Assembly (NCBI GenBank): GCA_977018835.1
Contig: OZ361257.1
Location: 4,650,001 to 4,714,000 of the forward strand
From: Minutocellus sp. GHC0000111
Lineage: Eukaryota
Reading direction: 5' to 3'
DNA: 64,000 nt
Of this stretch, positions 12,301 to 26,300 are shown piece by piece (positions within the stretch are counted from its first letter, which is position 1; each line of letters opens with the position of its first letter). The translations under genes were made by a program, and so were the position numbers. Under the pieces are notes generated by a model. It was given only the letters and a program-made list of their open reading frames with translations, did not search any database and was not told the origin of the DNA.

Positions 12301-14232
12301 GCGATGCCCACGCCACCCACATAGATGAGTGCTTTTGCTGCAGTGCAATCACAGGACACTGCTCACCACATGCATTCCTTGCTGCTCTCACATGGCAATG
12401 AATGGAACATAAGCTTTGGTAGAGATCAGGGTGCTCCTATTATTGATGTGAGTTGCTCCAGTTAGGAGCGCCCTAGTTTTCCCAACGCTGCTGGCGACGC
12501 CCACAAAGATGAGTGCTTTGGCTGCAGTGCAATCACAGGACACTGCTCACCACATGCATTCCTTGCTGCTCTCACATGGCAATGAAGGAACATAAGCTTT
12601 GGTAGAGATCAGGGTGCTCCTGTGGTGACAACTGAGTTGCTCCAGTTAGGAGCGCCCTAGTTTTCCCAATGCTGCTGGTGACGCCCACACCACCCACAAA
12701 GATGCATGCTTTGGCTGCAGTGCAATCACAGGACACTGCTCACCACATGCATTCCTTGCTGCTCTCACATGGCAATGAATGGAACATAAGCTTTGGTAGA
12801 GATCAGGGTGCTCCTATGGTCAAACATGAGTTGCTCCAGTTAGGAGAGCACTGATTTTCCCAACGCTGCTGGCTGGCGACTCCCCAACCACCCACAAAGA
12901 TGCATGCTTTGGCTGCAGTGCAATCACAGGACACTGCTCACCACATGCATTCCTTGCTGCTCTCACATGGCAATGAATGGAACACAAGCTTTGGCAGAGA
13001 TCAGGGCACTCCTATGGTCAAATGTGAGTTGCTCCAGATAGTACAGCCCTAGTTTTCCCAACGCTGCTGGCGACACCCACACCACCCACAAAGATGCGTG
13101 CTTTGGCTGCAGTGCAATCACAGGACACTGCTCACCACATGCATTCCTTGCTGCTCTCACATGGCAATGAATGGAACATAAGCTTTGGTAGAGATCAGGG
13201 TGCTGCTATGGTCAAATGTGAGTTGCTCCAGTTAGGACAGCCCTAGCTTTCCCAACGCTGCTTTTGACGCCCACACCACCCACAAAGATGCGTGCTTTGG
13301 CTGCAGTGCAATCACAGGACACTGCTCACCACATGCATTCCTTGCTGCTCTCACATGGCAATGAATGGAACATAAGCTTTGGTAGAGATCAGGGTGCTGC
13401 TATGGTCAAATATGAGTTGCTCCAGTTAGGACAGCCCTAACTTTCCCAACGCTGCTGGTGACGCCCACACCACCCACAAAGATGCGTGCTTTGGCTGCAG
13501 TGCAATCACAGGACACTGCTCAACACATGCATTCCTTGCTGCTCTCACATGGCAATGAATGGAACATAAGCTTTGGTAGAGATCAGGGTGCTCCTATTGT
13601 CAAATGTGAGTTGATCCAGTTAGGACAGCCCTAACTTTCCCAACGCTGCTGGCGACGCCCACACCACCCACAAAGATGCGTGCTTTGGCTGCAGTGCAAT
13701 CACAGGACACTGCTCAACACATGCATTCGTTGCTGCTCTCACATGGCAATGAATGGAACATAAGCTTTGGTAGAGATCAGGGTGCTCCTATTGTCAAATG
13801 TGAGTTGATCCAGTTAGGAGCGACCCCTAGCTTTCCCAACGCTGCTGGCGACACCCACACCAGCCACAAAGATGCGTGCTTTGGCTGCAGTGCAATCACA
13901 GGACACTGCTCAACACATGCATTCCTTGCTGCTCTCACATGGCAATGAATGGAACATAAGCTTTGGTAGAGATCAGGGTGCTCCTATGGTCAAATGTGAG
14001 TTGCCCCAGTTAGGAGCGCCCTAGTTGTCCCAACGCTGCTGCTGGCGATGCCCACGCCACCCACATAGATGAGTGCTTTGGCTGCAGTGCAATCACTGGA
14101 CACTGCTCACCACATGCATTTCTTGCGAGGAGCGCCCTGGCTTTCCTAACGCTGCTGGCGACCCCACACCACCCACAAAGATGCGTGCTTTGGCTGCAGT
14201 GCAATCACTGGACACTGCTCACCACATGCATT
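9307..14232 (+). repeat. ~1.9-kb block (9307-11202) repeated at 12337-14232, offset 3030 bp
   Basis: ORF markers 9639/12669, 9933/12963, 10646/13676 and 11043/14073 are all offset by 3030. Both copies share the 112-bp truncated monomer and the gcttttgacg variant. Confidence 0.93.
11039..11150 (+). repeat. Truncated 112-bp monomer lacking the HindIII-containing segment (second copy 14069-14180)
   Basis: The junction tcttgc|g|aggagcgccc is at 11091-11107 and 14121-14137. 82 bp are replaced by a single G, and there is a further 1-bp loss downstream. Confidence 0.93.
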
Positions 14233-15874
14233 CGTTGCTGCTCTCACATGGCAATGAATGGAACACAAGCTTTGGTAGAGATAAGGGTGCTCCTGTGGTC
14301 AAACATGGGTTGCTCCAGCAAGCAGCGCCCTGATTTTCCCAACGCTGCTGGCGACGCCCACACCACCCACAAAGATGAGTGCTTTGGCTGCAGTGCAATC
14401 ACAGGACACTGCTCACCACATGCATTCCTTGCTGCTCTCACATGGCAATGAATGGAACATAAGCTTTGGTAGAGATCAGGGTGCTCCTATTGTCAAATGT
14501 GAGTTGATCCAGTTAGGAGCGACCCCTAGCTTTCCCAACGCTGCTGGCGACACCCACACCAGCCACAAAGATGCGTGCTTTGGCTGCAGTGCAATCACAG
14601 GACACTGCTCAACACATGCATTCCTTGCTGCTCTCACATGGCAATGAATGGAACATAAGCTTTGGTAGAGATCAGGGTGCTCCTATGGTCAAACATGAGT
14701 TGCTCCAGTTAGGAGAGCACTGATTTTCCCAACGCTGCTGGCTGGCGACTCCCCAACCACCCACAAAGATGCATGCTTTGGCTGCAGTGCAATCACTGGA
14801 CACTGCTCAACACATGCATTCCTTGCTGCTCTCACATGGCAATGAATGGAACATAAGCTTTGGTAGAGATCAGGGTGCTGCTATTGTCAAATGTGAGTTG
14901 CTCCGGTTAGGAGCGCCCTAGCTTTCCCAACGCTGCTGGCGACACCCACACCACCCACAAAGATGCGTGCTTTGGCTGCAGTGCAATCACAGGACACTGC
15001 TCACCACATGCATTTCTTGCTGCTCTCACATGGCAATGAATGGAACATAAGCTTTGGTAGAGATCAGGTTGCTGCTATTGTCAAATGTGAGTTGCTCCGG
15101 TTAGGAGCGCCCTAGTTGTCCCAACGCTGCTGCTGGCGATGCCCACGCCACCCACAAAGATGAGTGCTTTGGCTGCAGTGCAATCACAGGACACTGCTCA
15201 CCACATGCATTTCTTGCTGCTCTCACATGGCAATGAATGGAACATAAGCTTTGGTAGAGATCAGGGCACTCCTATGGTCAAACATGAGTTGCTCCAGTTA
15301 GGAGCGCCCTAGTTTTCCCAACGCTGCTGGCGACGCCCACACCACCCACAAAGATGCGTGCTCTGGCTGCAGTGCATCCACAGGACACTGCTCACCACAT
15401 GCATTCCTTGCTGCTCTCACATGGCAATGAATGGAACATAAGCTTTGGTAGAGATCAGGGTGCTGCTATGGTCAAATATGAGTTGCTCCAGTAAGGAGCG
15501 CCCTGCTTTTCCCAACGCTGCTGGCGACGCCCACACCACCCACAAAGATGAGTGCTTTGGCTGCAGTGCAATCACAGGACACTGCTCACCACATGCATTC
15601 CTTGCTGCTCTCACATGGCAATGAATGGAACATAAGCTTTGGTAGAGATCAGGGTGCTGCTATGGTCAAACATGAATTGCTCCAGTTAGGAGCGCAATAG
15701 TTTTCCCAACGATGCTGGCGACGCCCACACCACCCACAAAGATGAGTGCTTTGGCTGCAGTGCAATCACAGATTACTGCTCACCACATGCATTCCTTGCT
15801 GCTCTCACATGGCAATGAATGGAACATAAGCTTTGGTAGAGATCAGGGTGCTCCTATGGTCAAATGTGAGTTGA

Positions 15875-18800
15875 TCCAGTTAGGACAGCCCTAACTTTCC
15901 CAACGCTGCTGGTGACGCCCACACCACCCACAAATATGCGTGCTTTGGCTGCAGTGCAATCACAGGACACTGCTCACCACATGCATTCCTTGCTGCTCTC
16001 ACATCGCAATGAATGGAACATAAGCTTTGGTAGAGATCAGGGTGCTGCTATGGTCAAATGTGAGTTGCTCCAGTTTGGAGAGCACTGATTTTCCCAACGC
16101 TGCTTGCTGGCGACTCCCCAACAACCCACAAAGATGAGTGCTTTGGCTGCAGTGCAATCACAGGACACTGCTCACCACATGCATTCCTTGCTGCTCTCAC
16201 ATGGCAATGAATGGAACATAAGCTTTGGTAGAGATCAGGGTGCTCCTATGGTCAAATGTGAGTTGCTCCAGTTAGGACAGCCCTAACTTTCCCAACGCTG
16301 CTGGCGACGCCCACACCACCCACAAATATGAGTGCTTTGGCTGCAGTGCAATCACAGGACACTGCTCACCACATGCATTCCTTGCTGCTCTCACATGGCA
16401 ATGAATGGAACATAAGCTTTGGTAGAGATCAGGGTGCTCCTATTATTGATGTGAGTTGCTCCAGTTAGGAGCGCCCTAGCTTTCCCAAAGCTGCTGGCGA
16501 CGCCCACAAAGATGAGTGCTTTGGCTGCAGTGCAATCACTGGACACTGCTCACCACATGCATTCCTTGCTGCTCTCACATGGCAATGAATGGAACATAAG
16601 CTTTGGTAGAGATCAGGGTGCTGCTATGGTCAAATGTGAGTTGCTCCAGTTTGGAGAGCACTGATTTTCCCGACGCTGCTTGCTGGCGACTCCCCAACAA
16701 CCCACAAAGATGAGTGCTTTGGCTGCAGTGCAATCACAGGACACTGCTCACCACATGCATTCCTTGCTGCTCTCACATGGCAATGAATGGAACATAAGCT
16801 TTGGTAGAGATCAGGGTGCTCCTATGGTCAAATGTGAGTTGCTCCAGTTAGGAGCGCCCTAGTTTTCCCAACGCTGCTGGCGACGCCCACAAAGATGAGT
16901 GCTTTGGCTGCAGTGCAATCACTGGACACTGCTCACCACATGCATTCCTTGCTGCTCTCACATGGCAATGAAGGAACATAAGCTTTGGTAGAGATCAGGG
17001 TGCTCCTGTGGTGACAACTGAGTTGCTCCAGTTAGGAGCGCCCTAGTTTTCCCAATGCTGCTGGTGACGCCCACACCACCCACAAAGATGCATGCTTTGG
17101 CTGCAGTGCAATCACAGGACACTGCTCACCACATGCATTCCTTGCTGCTCTCACATGGCAATGAAGGAACATAAGCTTTGGTATAGATCAGGGTGCTCCT
17201 ATGGTCAAACATGAGTTGCTCCAGTTAGGAGAGCACTGATTTTCCCAACGCTGCTGGCTGGCGACTCCCCAACCACCCACAAAGATGCATGCTTTGGCTG
17301 CAGTGCAATCACAGGACACTGCTCACCACATGCATTCCTTGCTGCTCTCACATGGCAATGAATTGAACTAAGCTTTGGCAGAGATCAGGGCACTCCCATG
17401 GTCAAATGTGAGTTGCTCCAGTTAGTACAGCCCTAGTTTTCCCAACGCTGCTGGCGACACCCACACCACCCACAAAGATGCGTGCTTTGGCTGCAGTGCA
17501 ATCACAGGACACTGCTCACCACATGCATTCCTTGCTGCTCTCACATGGCAATGAATGGAACATAAGCTTTGGTAGAGATCAGGGTGCTGCTATGGTCAAA
17601 TGTGAGTTGCTCCAGTTTGGAGAGCACTGATTTTCCCAACGCTGCTGGCTGGCAACTCCCCAACAACCCACAAAGATGAGTGCTTTGGCTGCAGTGCAAT
17701 CACAGGACACTGCTCACCACATGCATTCCTTGCTGCTCTCACATGGCAATGAATGGAACATAAGCTTTGGTAGAGATCAGGGTGCTCCCATGGTCAAATA
17801 TGAGTTGCTCCAGTTAGGAGCGCCCTAGCTTTCCCAACGCTGCTGGCGACGCCCACACCACCCACAAAGATGAGTGCTTTGGCTGCAGTGCAATCACAGG
17901 ACACTGCTCACCACATGCATTCCTTGCTGCTCTCACATGGCAATGAATGGAACATAAGCTTTGGTAGAGATCAGGGTGCTCCTGTGGTCAAACATGAGTT
18001 GCTCCAGTTAGGACAGCCCTAGCTTTCCCAACGCTGCTGGCGACGCCCACACCACCCACAAAGATGAGTGCTTTGGCTGCAGTGCAATCACAGGACACTG
18101 CTCACCACATGCATTCCTTGCTGCTCTCACATGGCAATGAATGGAACATAAGCTTTGGTAGAGATCAGGGCACTCCTGTGGTCAAATGTGAGTTGCTCCA
18201 GTTAGGACAGCCCTAGTTTTCCCAACGCTGCTGGCGCCGCCCCCACCACCCACAAAGATGAGTGCTTTGGCTGCAGTGCAATCACAGGACACTGCTCACC
18301 ACATGCATTCCTTGCTGCTCTCACATGGCAATGAATGGAACATAAGCTTTGGTAGAGATCAGGGTGCTCCTATGGTCAAATGTGAGTTGCTCCAGTTAGG
18401 ACAGCCCTAACTTTCCCAACGCTGCTGGTGACGCCCACACCACCCACAAATATGCGTGCTTTGGCTGCAGTGCAATCACAGGACACTGCTCACCACATGC
18501 ATTCCTTGCTGCTCTCACATCGCAATGAATGGAACATAAGCTTTGGTAGAGATCAGGGTGCTCCTATGGTCAAATGTGAGTTGCTCCAGTTTGGAGAGCA
18601 CTGATTTTCCCAACGCTGCTTGCTGGCGACTCCCCAACAACCCACAAAGATGAGTGCTTTGGCTGCAGTGCAATCACAGGACACTGCTCACCACATGCAT
18701 TCCTTGCTGCTCTCACATGGCAATGAATGGAACATAAGCTTTGGTAGAGATCAGGGTGCTCCTATGGTCAAATGTGAGTTGCTCCAGTTAGGACAGCCCT

Positions 18801-20331
18801 AACTTTCCCAACGCTGCTGGCGACGCCCACACCACCCACAAATATGAGTGCTTTGGCTGCAGTGCAATCACAGGACACTGCTCACCACATGCATTCCTTG
18901 CTGCTCTCACATGGCAATGAATGGAACATAAGCTTTGGTAGAGATCAGGGTGCTCCTATTATTGATGTGAGTTGCTCCAGTTAGGAGCGCCCTAGCTTTC
19001 CCAAAGCTGCTGGCGACGCCCACAAAGATGAGTGCTTTGGCTGCAGTGCAATCACTGGACACTGCTCACCACATGCATTCCTTGCTGCTCTCACATGGCA
19101 ATGAATGGAACATAAGCTTTGGTAGAGATCAGGGTGCTGCTATGGTCAAATGTGAGTTGCTCCAGTTTGGAGAGCACTGATTTTCCCGACGCTGCTTGCT
19201 GGCGACTCCCCAACAACCCACAAAGATGAGTGCTTTGGCTGCAGTGCAATCACAGGACACTGCTCACCACATGCATTCCTTGCTGCTCTCACATGGCAAT
19301 GAATGGAACATAAGCTTTGGTAGAGATCAGGGTGCTCCTATGGTCAAATGTGAGTTGCTCCAGTTAGGAGCGCCCTAGTTTTCCCAACGCTGCTGGCGAC
19401 GCCCACAAAGATGAGTGCTTTGGCTGCAGTGCAATCACTGGACACTGCTCACCACATGCATTCCTTACTGCTCTCACATGGCAATGAAGGAACATAAGCT
19501 TTGGTAGAGATCAGGGTGCTCCTGTGGTGACAACTGAGTTGCTCCAGTTAGGAGCGCCCTAGTTTTCCCAATGCTGCTGGTGACGCCCACACCACCCACA
19601 AAGATGCATGCTTTGGCTGCAGTGCAATCACAGGACACTGCTCACCACATGCATTCCTTGCTGCTCTCACATGGCAATGAAGGAACATAAGCTTTGGTAT
19701 AGATCAGGGTGCTCCTATGGTCAAACATGAGTTGCTCCAGTTAGGAGAGCACTGATTTTCCCAACGCTGCTGGCTGGCGACTCCCCAACCACCCACAAAG
19801 ATGCATGCTTTGGCTGCAGTGCAATCACAGGACACTGCTCACCACATGCATTCCTTGCTGCTCTCACATGGCAATGAATTGAACTAAGCTTTGGCAGAGA
19901 TCAGGGCACTCCCATGGTCAAATGTGAGTTGCTCCAGTTAGTACAGCCCTAGTTTTCCCAACGCTGCTGGCGACACCCACACCACCCACAAAGATGCGTG
20001 CTTTGGCTGCAGTGCAATCACAGGACACTGCTCACCACATGCATTCCTTGCTGCTCTCACATGGCAATGAATGGAACATAAGCTTTGGTAGAGATCAGGG
20101 TGCTGCTATGGTCAAATGTGAGTTGCTCCAGTTTGGAGAGCACTGATTTTCCCAACGCTGCTGGCTGGCAACTCCCCAACAACCCACAAAGATGAGTGCT
20201 TTGGCTGCAGTGCAATCACAGGACACTGCTCACCACATGCATTCCTTGCTGCTCTCACATGGCAATGAATGGAACATAAGCTTTGGTAGAGATCAGGGTG
20301 CTCCCATGGTCAAATATGAGTTGCTCCAGTT
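15875..20331 (+). repeat. ~1.94-kb block (15875-17815) repeated at 18391-20331, offset 2516 bp (~13 monomers)
   Basis: The private variant acatcgcaat has its C at 16005 and 18521. ORF markers 16104/18620 and 16680/19196 share the offset. Confidence 0.9.
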
Positions 20332-23300
20332 TTGGAGAGCACTGATTTTCCCGACGCTGCTTGCTGGCGACTCCCCAACAACCCACAAAGATGAGTGCTT
20401 TGGCTGCAGTGCAATCACAGGACACTGCTCACCACATGCATTCCTTGCTGCTCTCACATGGCAATGAATGGAACATAAGCTTTGGTAGAGATCAGGGTGC
20501 TCCTATGGTCAAATGTGAGTTGCTCCAGTTAGGACAGCCCTAACTTTCCCAACGCTGCTGGCGACGCCCACACCACCCACAAATATGAGTGCTTTGGCTG
20601 CAGTGCAATCACAGGACACTGCTCACCACATGCATTCCTTGCTGCTCTCACATGGCAATGAATGGAACATAAGCTTTGGTAGAGATCAGGGTGCTCCTAT
20701 GGTCAAATGTGAGTTGCTCCAGTTAGGACAGCCCTAACTTTCCCAACGCTGCTGGCGACGCCCACACCACCCACAAATATGAGTGCTTTGGCTGCAGTGC
20801 AATCACAGGACACTGCTCACCACATGCATTCCTTGCTGCTCTCACATGGCAATGAATGGAACATAAGCTTTGGTAGAGATCAGGGTGCTCCTATTATTGA
20901 TGTGAGTTGCTCCAGTTAGGAGCGCCCTAGCTTTCCCAAAGCTGCTGGCGACGCCCACAAAGATGAGTGCTTTGGCTGCAGTGCAATCACTGGACACTGC
21001 TCACCACATGCATTCCTTGCTGCTCTCACATGGCAATGAATGGAACATAAGCTTTGGTAGAGATCAGGGTGCTGCTATGGTCAAATGTGAGTTGCTCCAG
21101 TTTGGAGAGCACTGATTTTCCCGACGCTGCTTGCTGGCGACTCCCCAACAACCCACAAAGATGAGTGCTTTGGCTGCAGTGCAATCACAGGACACTGCTC
21201 ACCACATGCATTCCTTGCTGCTCTCACATGGCAATGAATGGAACATAAGCTTTGGTAGAGATCAGGGTGCTCCTATGGTCAAATGTGAGTTGCTCCAGTT
21301 AGGAGCGCCCTAGTTTTCCCAACGCTGCTGGCGACGCCCACAAAGATGAGTGCTTTGGCTGCAGTGCAATCACTGGACACTGCTCACCACATGCATTCCT
21401 TGCTGCTCTCACATGGCAATGAAGGAACATAAGCTTTGGTAGAGATCAGGGTGCTCCTGTGGTGACAACTGAGTTGCTCCAGTTAGGAGCGCCCTAGTTT
21501 TCCCAATGCTGCTGGTGACGCCCACACCACCCACAAAGATGCATGCTTTGGCTGCAGTGCAATCACAGGACACTGCTCACCACATGCATTCCTTGCTGCT
21601 CTCACATGGCAATGAAGGAACATAAGCTTTGGTATAGATCAGGTTGCTTCTATGGTCAAATGTGAGTTGCTCCAGTTAGGAGCGCCCTGGCTTTCCCAAC
21701 GCTGCTGGCGACGCCCACACCACCCACAAAGATGCGTGCTTTGGCTGCAGTGCAATCACTGGACACTGCTCACCACATGCATTCCTTGCTGCTCTCACAT
21801 GGCAATGAATGGAACATAAGCTTTGGTAGAGATCAGGGTGCTGCCATGGTCAAATATGAGTTGCTCCAGTTAGGAGCGCCCTAGCTTTCCCAACGCTGCT
21901 GGCGACGCCCACACCACCCACAAAGATGCGTGCTTTGGCTGCAGTGCAATCACAGGACACTGCTCACCACATGCATTTCTTGCTGCTCTCACATGGCAAT
22001 GAATGGAACATAAGCTTTGGTAGAGATCAGGGTGCTTCTATGGTCAAATGTGAGTTGCTCCAGTTTGGAGAGCACTGATTTTCCCAACGCTGCTGGCTGG
22101 CGACTCCCCAACCACCCACAAAGATGCATGCTTTGGCTGCAGTGCAATCACAGGACACTGCTCACCACATGCATTCCTTGCTGCTCTCACATGGCAATGA
22201 ATTGAACTAAGCTTTGGCAGAGATCAGGGCACTCCCATGGTCAAATGTGAGTTGCTCCAGTTAGTACAGCCCTAGTTTTCCCAACGCTGCTGGCGACACC
22301 CACACCACCCACAAAGATGCGTGCTTTGGCTGCAGTGCAATCACAGGACACTGCTCACCACATGCATTCCTTGCTGCTCTCACATGGCAATGAATGGAAC
22401 ATAAGCTTTGGTAGAGATCAGGGTGCTGCTATGGTCAAATGTGAGTTGCTCCAGTTTGGAGAGCACTGATTTTCCCAACGCTGCTGGCTGGCAACTCCCC
22501 AACAACCCACAAAGATGAGTGCTTTGGCTGCAGTGCAATCACAGGACACTGCTCACCACATGCATTCCTTGCTGCTCTCACATGGCAATGAATGGAACAT
22601 AAGCTTTGGTAGAGATCAGGGTTCTCCTATGGTCAAACATGAATTGCTCCAGTTAGGAGCGCCCTAGATAGTTTGTCCAACGCTGCTGGCGACGCCCCCA
22701 CCACCCACAAAGATGAGTGCTTTGGCTGCAGTGCAATCACAGGACACTGCTCAACACATGCATTCGTTGCTGATCTCACATGGCAATGAATGGAACATAA
22801 GCTTTGGAAGAGATCATGGTGCTGCTATGGTCAAACATGAATTGCTCCAGTTAGGAGCGCCCTAGATAGTTTGTCCAACGCTGCTGGCGACGCCCACACC
22901 ACCCACAAAGATGAGTGCTTTGGCTGCAGTGCAATCACAGGACACTGCTCAACACATGCATTCCTTGCTGCTCTCACATGGCAATGAATGGAACATAAGC
23001 TTTGGTAGAGATCAGGGTGCTCCTATGGTCAAATGTGAGTTGATCCAGTTAGGACAGCCCTAACTTTCCCAACGCTGCTGGCGACGCCCACACCACCCAC
23101 AAAGATGCGTGCTTTGGCTGCAGTGCAATCACAGGACACTGCTCACCACATGCATTCCTTGCTGCTCTCACATGGCAATGAATGGAACATAAGCTTTGGT
23201 AGAGATCAGGGTGCTTCTATGGTAAAATGTGAGTTGCTCCAGTTAGGAGCGCCCTGGCTGGCGACGCCCACAAAGATGAGTGCTTTGGCTGCAGTGCAAT

Positions 23301-26300
23301 CACTGGACACTGCTCACCACATGCATTCCTTGCTGCTCTCACATGGCAATGAATGGAACATAAGCTTTGGTAGAGATCAGGGTGCTGCTATGGTCAAATG
23401 TGAGTTGCTCCAGTTTGGAGAGCACTGATTTTCCCGACGCTGCTTGCTGGCGACTCCCCAACAACCCACAAAGATGAGTGCTTTGGCTGCAGTGCAATCA
23501 CAGGACACTGCTCACCACATGCATTCCTTGCTGCTCTCACATGGCAATGAATGGAACATAAGCTTTGGTAGAGATCAGGGTGCTCCTATGGTCAAATGTG
23601 AGTTGCTCCAGTTAGGAGCGCCCTAGTTTTCCCAACGCTGCTGGCGACGCCCACAAAGATGAGTGCTTTGGCTGCAGTGCAATCACTGGACACTGCTCAC
23701 CACATGCATTCCTTACTGCTCTCACATGGCAATGAAGGAACATAAGCTTTGGTAGAGATCAGGGTGCTCCTGTGGTGACAACTGAGTTGCTCCAGTTAGG
23801 AGCGCCCTAGTTTTCCCAATGCTGCTGGTGACGCCCACACCACCCACAAAGATGCATGCTTTGGCTGCAGTGCAATCACAGGACACTGCTCACCACATGC
23901 ATTCCTTGCTGCTCTCACATGGCAATGAAGGAACATAAGCTTTGGTATAGATCAGGGTGCTCCTATGGTCAAACATGAGTTGCTCCAGTTAGGAGAGCAC
24001 TGATTTTCCCAACGCTGCTGGCTGGCGACTCCCCAACCACCCACAAAGATGCATGCTTTGGCTGCAGTGCAATCACAGGACACTGCTCACCACATGCATT
24101 CCTTGCTGCTCTCACATGGCAATGAATTGAACTAAGCTTTGGCAGAGATCAGGGCACTCCCATGGTCAAATGTGAGTTGCTCCAGTTAGTACAGCCCTAG
24201 TTTTCCCAACGCTGCTGGCGACACCCACACCACCCACAAAGATGCGTGCTTTGGCTGCAGTGCAATCACAGGACACTGCTCACCACATGCATTCCTTGCT
24301 GCTCTCACATGGCAATGAATGGAACATAAGCTTTGGTAGAGATCAGGGTGCTGCTATGGTCAAATGTGAGTTGCTCCAGTTTGGAGAGCACTGATTTTCC
24401 CAACGCTGCTGGCTGGCAACTCCCCAACAACCCACAAAGATGAGTGCTTTGGCTGCAGTGCAATCACAGGACACTGCTCACCACATGCATTCCTTGCTGC
24501 TCTCACATGGCAATGAATGGAACATAAGCTTTGGTAGAGATCAGGGTGCTCCCAAGGTCAAATATGAGTTGCTCCAGTTTTGGAGAGCACTGATTTTCCC
24601 GACGCTGCTTGCTGGCGACTCCCCAACAACCCACAAAGATGAGTGCTTTGGCTGCAGTGCAATCACAGGACACTGCTCACCACATGCATTCCTTGCTGCT
24701 CTCACATGGCAATGAATGGAACATAAGCTTTGGTAGAGATCAGGGTGCTCCTATGGTCAAATGTGAGTTGCTCCAGTTAGGACAGCCCTAACTTTCCCAA
24801 CGCTGCTGGCGACGCCCACACCACCCACAAATATGAGTGCTTTGGCTGCAGTGCAATCACAGGACACTGCTCACCACATGCATTCCTTGCTGCTCTCACA
24901 TGGCAATGAATGGAACATAAGCTTTGGTAGAGATCAGGGTGCTCCTATGGTCAAATGTGAGTTGCTCCAGTTAGGACAGCCCTAACTTTCCCAACGCTGC
25001 TGGCGACGCCCACACCACCCACAAATATGAGTGCTTTGGCTGCAGTGCAATCACAGGACACTGCTCACCACATGCATTCCTTGCTGCTCTCACATGGCAA
25101 TGAATGGAACATAAGCTTTGGTAGAGATCAGGGTGCTCCTATTATTGATGTGAGTTGCTCCAGTTAGGAGCGCCCTAGCTTTCCCAAAGCTGCTGGCGAC
25201 GCCCACAAAGATGAGTGCTTTGGCTGCAGTGCAATCACTGGACACTGCTCACCACATGCATTCCTTGCTGCTCTCACATGGCAATGAATGGAACATAAGC
25301 TTTGGTAGAGATCAGGGTGCTGCTATGGTCAAATGTGAGTTGCTCCAGTTTGGAGAGCACTGATTTTCCCGACGCTGCTTGCTGGCGACTCCCCAACAAC
25401 CCACAAAGATGAGTGCTTTGGCTGCAGTGCAATCACAGGACACTGCTCACCACATGCATTCCTTGCTGCTCTCACATGGCAATGAATGGAACATAAGCTT
25501 TGGTAGAGATCAGGGTGCTCCTATGGTCAAATGTGAGTTGCTCCAGTTAGGAGCGCCCTAGTTTTCCCAACGCTGCTGGCGACGCCCACAAAGATGAGTG
25601 CTTTGGCTGCAGTGCAATCACTGGACACTGCTCACCACATGCATTCCTTGCTGCTCTCACATGGCAATGAAGGAACATAAGCTTTGGTAGAGATCAGGGT
25701 GCTCCTGTGGTGACAACTGAGTTGCTCCAGTTAGGAGCGCCCTAGTTTTCCCAATGCTGCTGGTGACGCCCACACCACCCACAAAGATGCATGCTTTGGC
25801 TGCAGTGCAATCACAGGACACTGCTCACCACATGCATTCCTTGCTGCTCTCACATGGCAATGAAGGAACATAAGCTTTGGTATAGATCAGGTTGCTTCTA
25901 TGGTCAAATGTGAGTTGCTCCAGTTAGGAGCGCCCTGGCTTTCCCAACGCTGCTGGCGACGCCCACACCACCCACAAAGATGCGTGCTTTGGCTGCAGTG
26001 CAATCACTGGACACTGCTCACCACATGCATTCCTTGCTGCTCTCACATGGCAATGAATGGAACATAAGCTTTGGTAGAGATCAGGGTGCTCCTATGGTCA
26101 AATGTGAGTTGCCCCAGTTAGGAGCGCCCTAGTTGTCCCAACGCTTCTGCTGGCGATGCCCACGCCACCCACGAAGATGAGTGCTTTGGCTGCAGTGCAA
26201 TCACAGGACACTGCTCACCACATGCATTCCTTGCTGCTCTCACATGGCAATGAATGGAACATAAGCTTTGGTAGAGATCAGGGTGCTTCTATGGTCAAAT

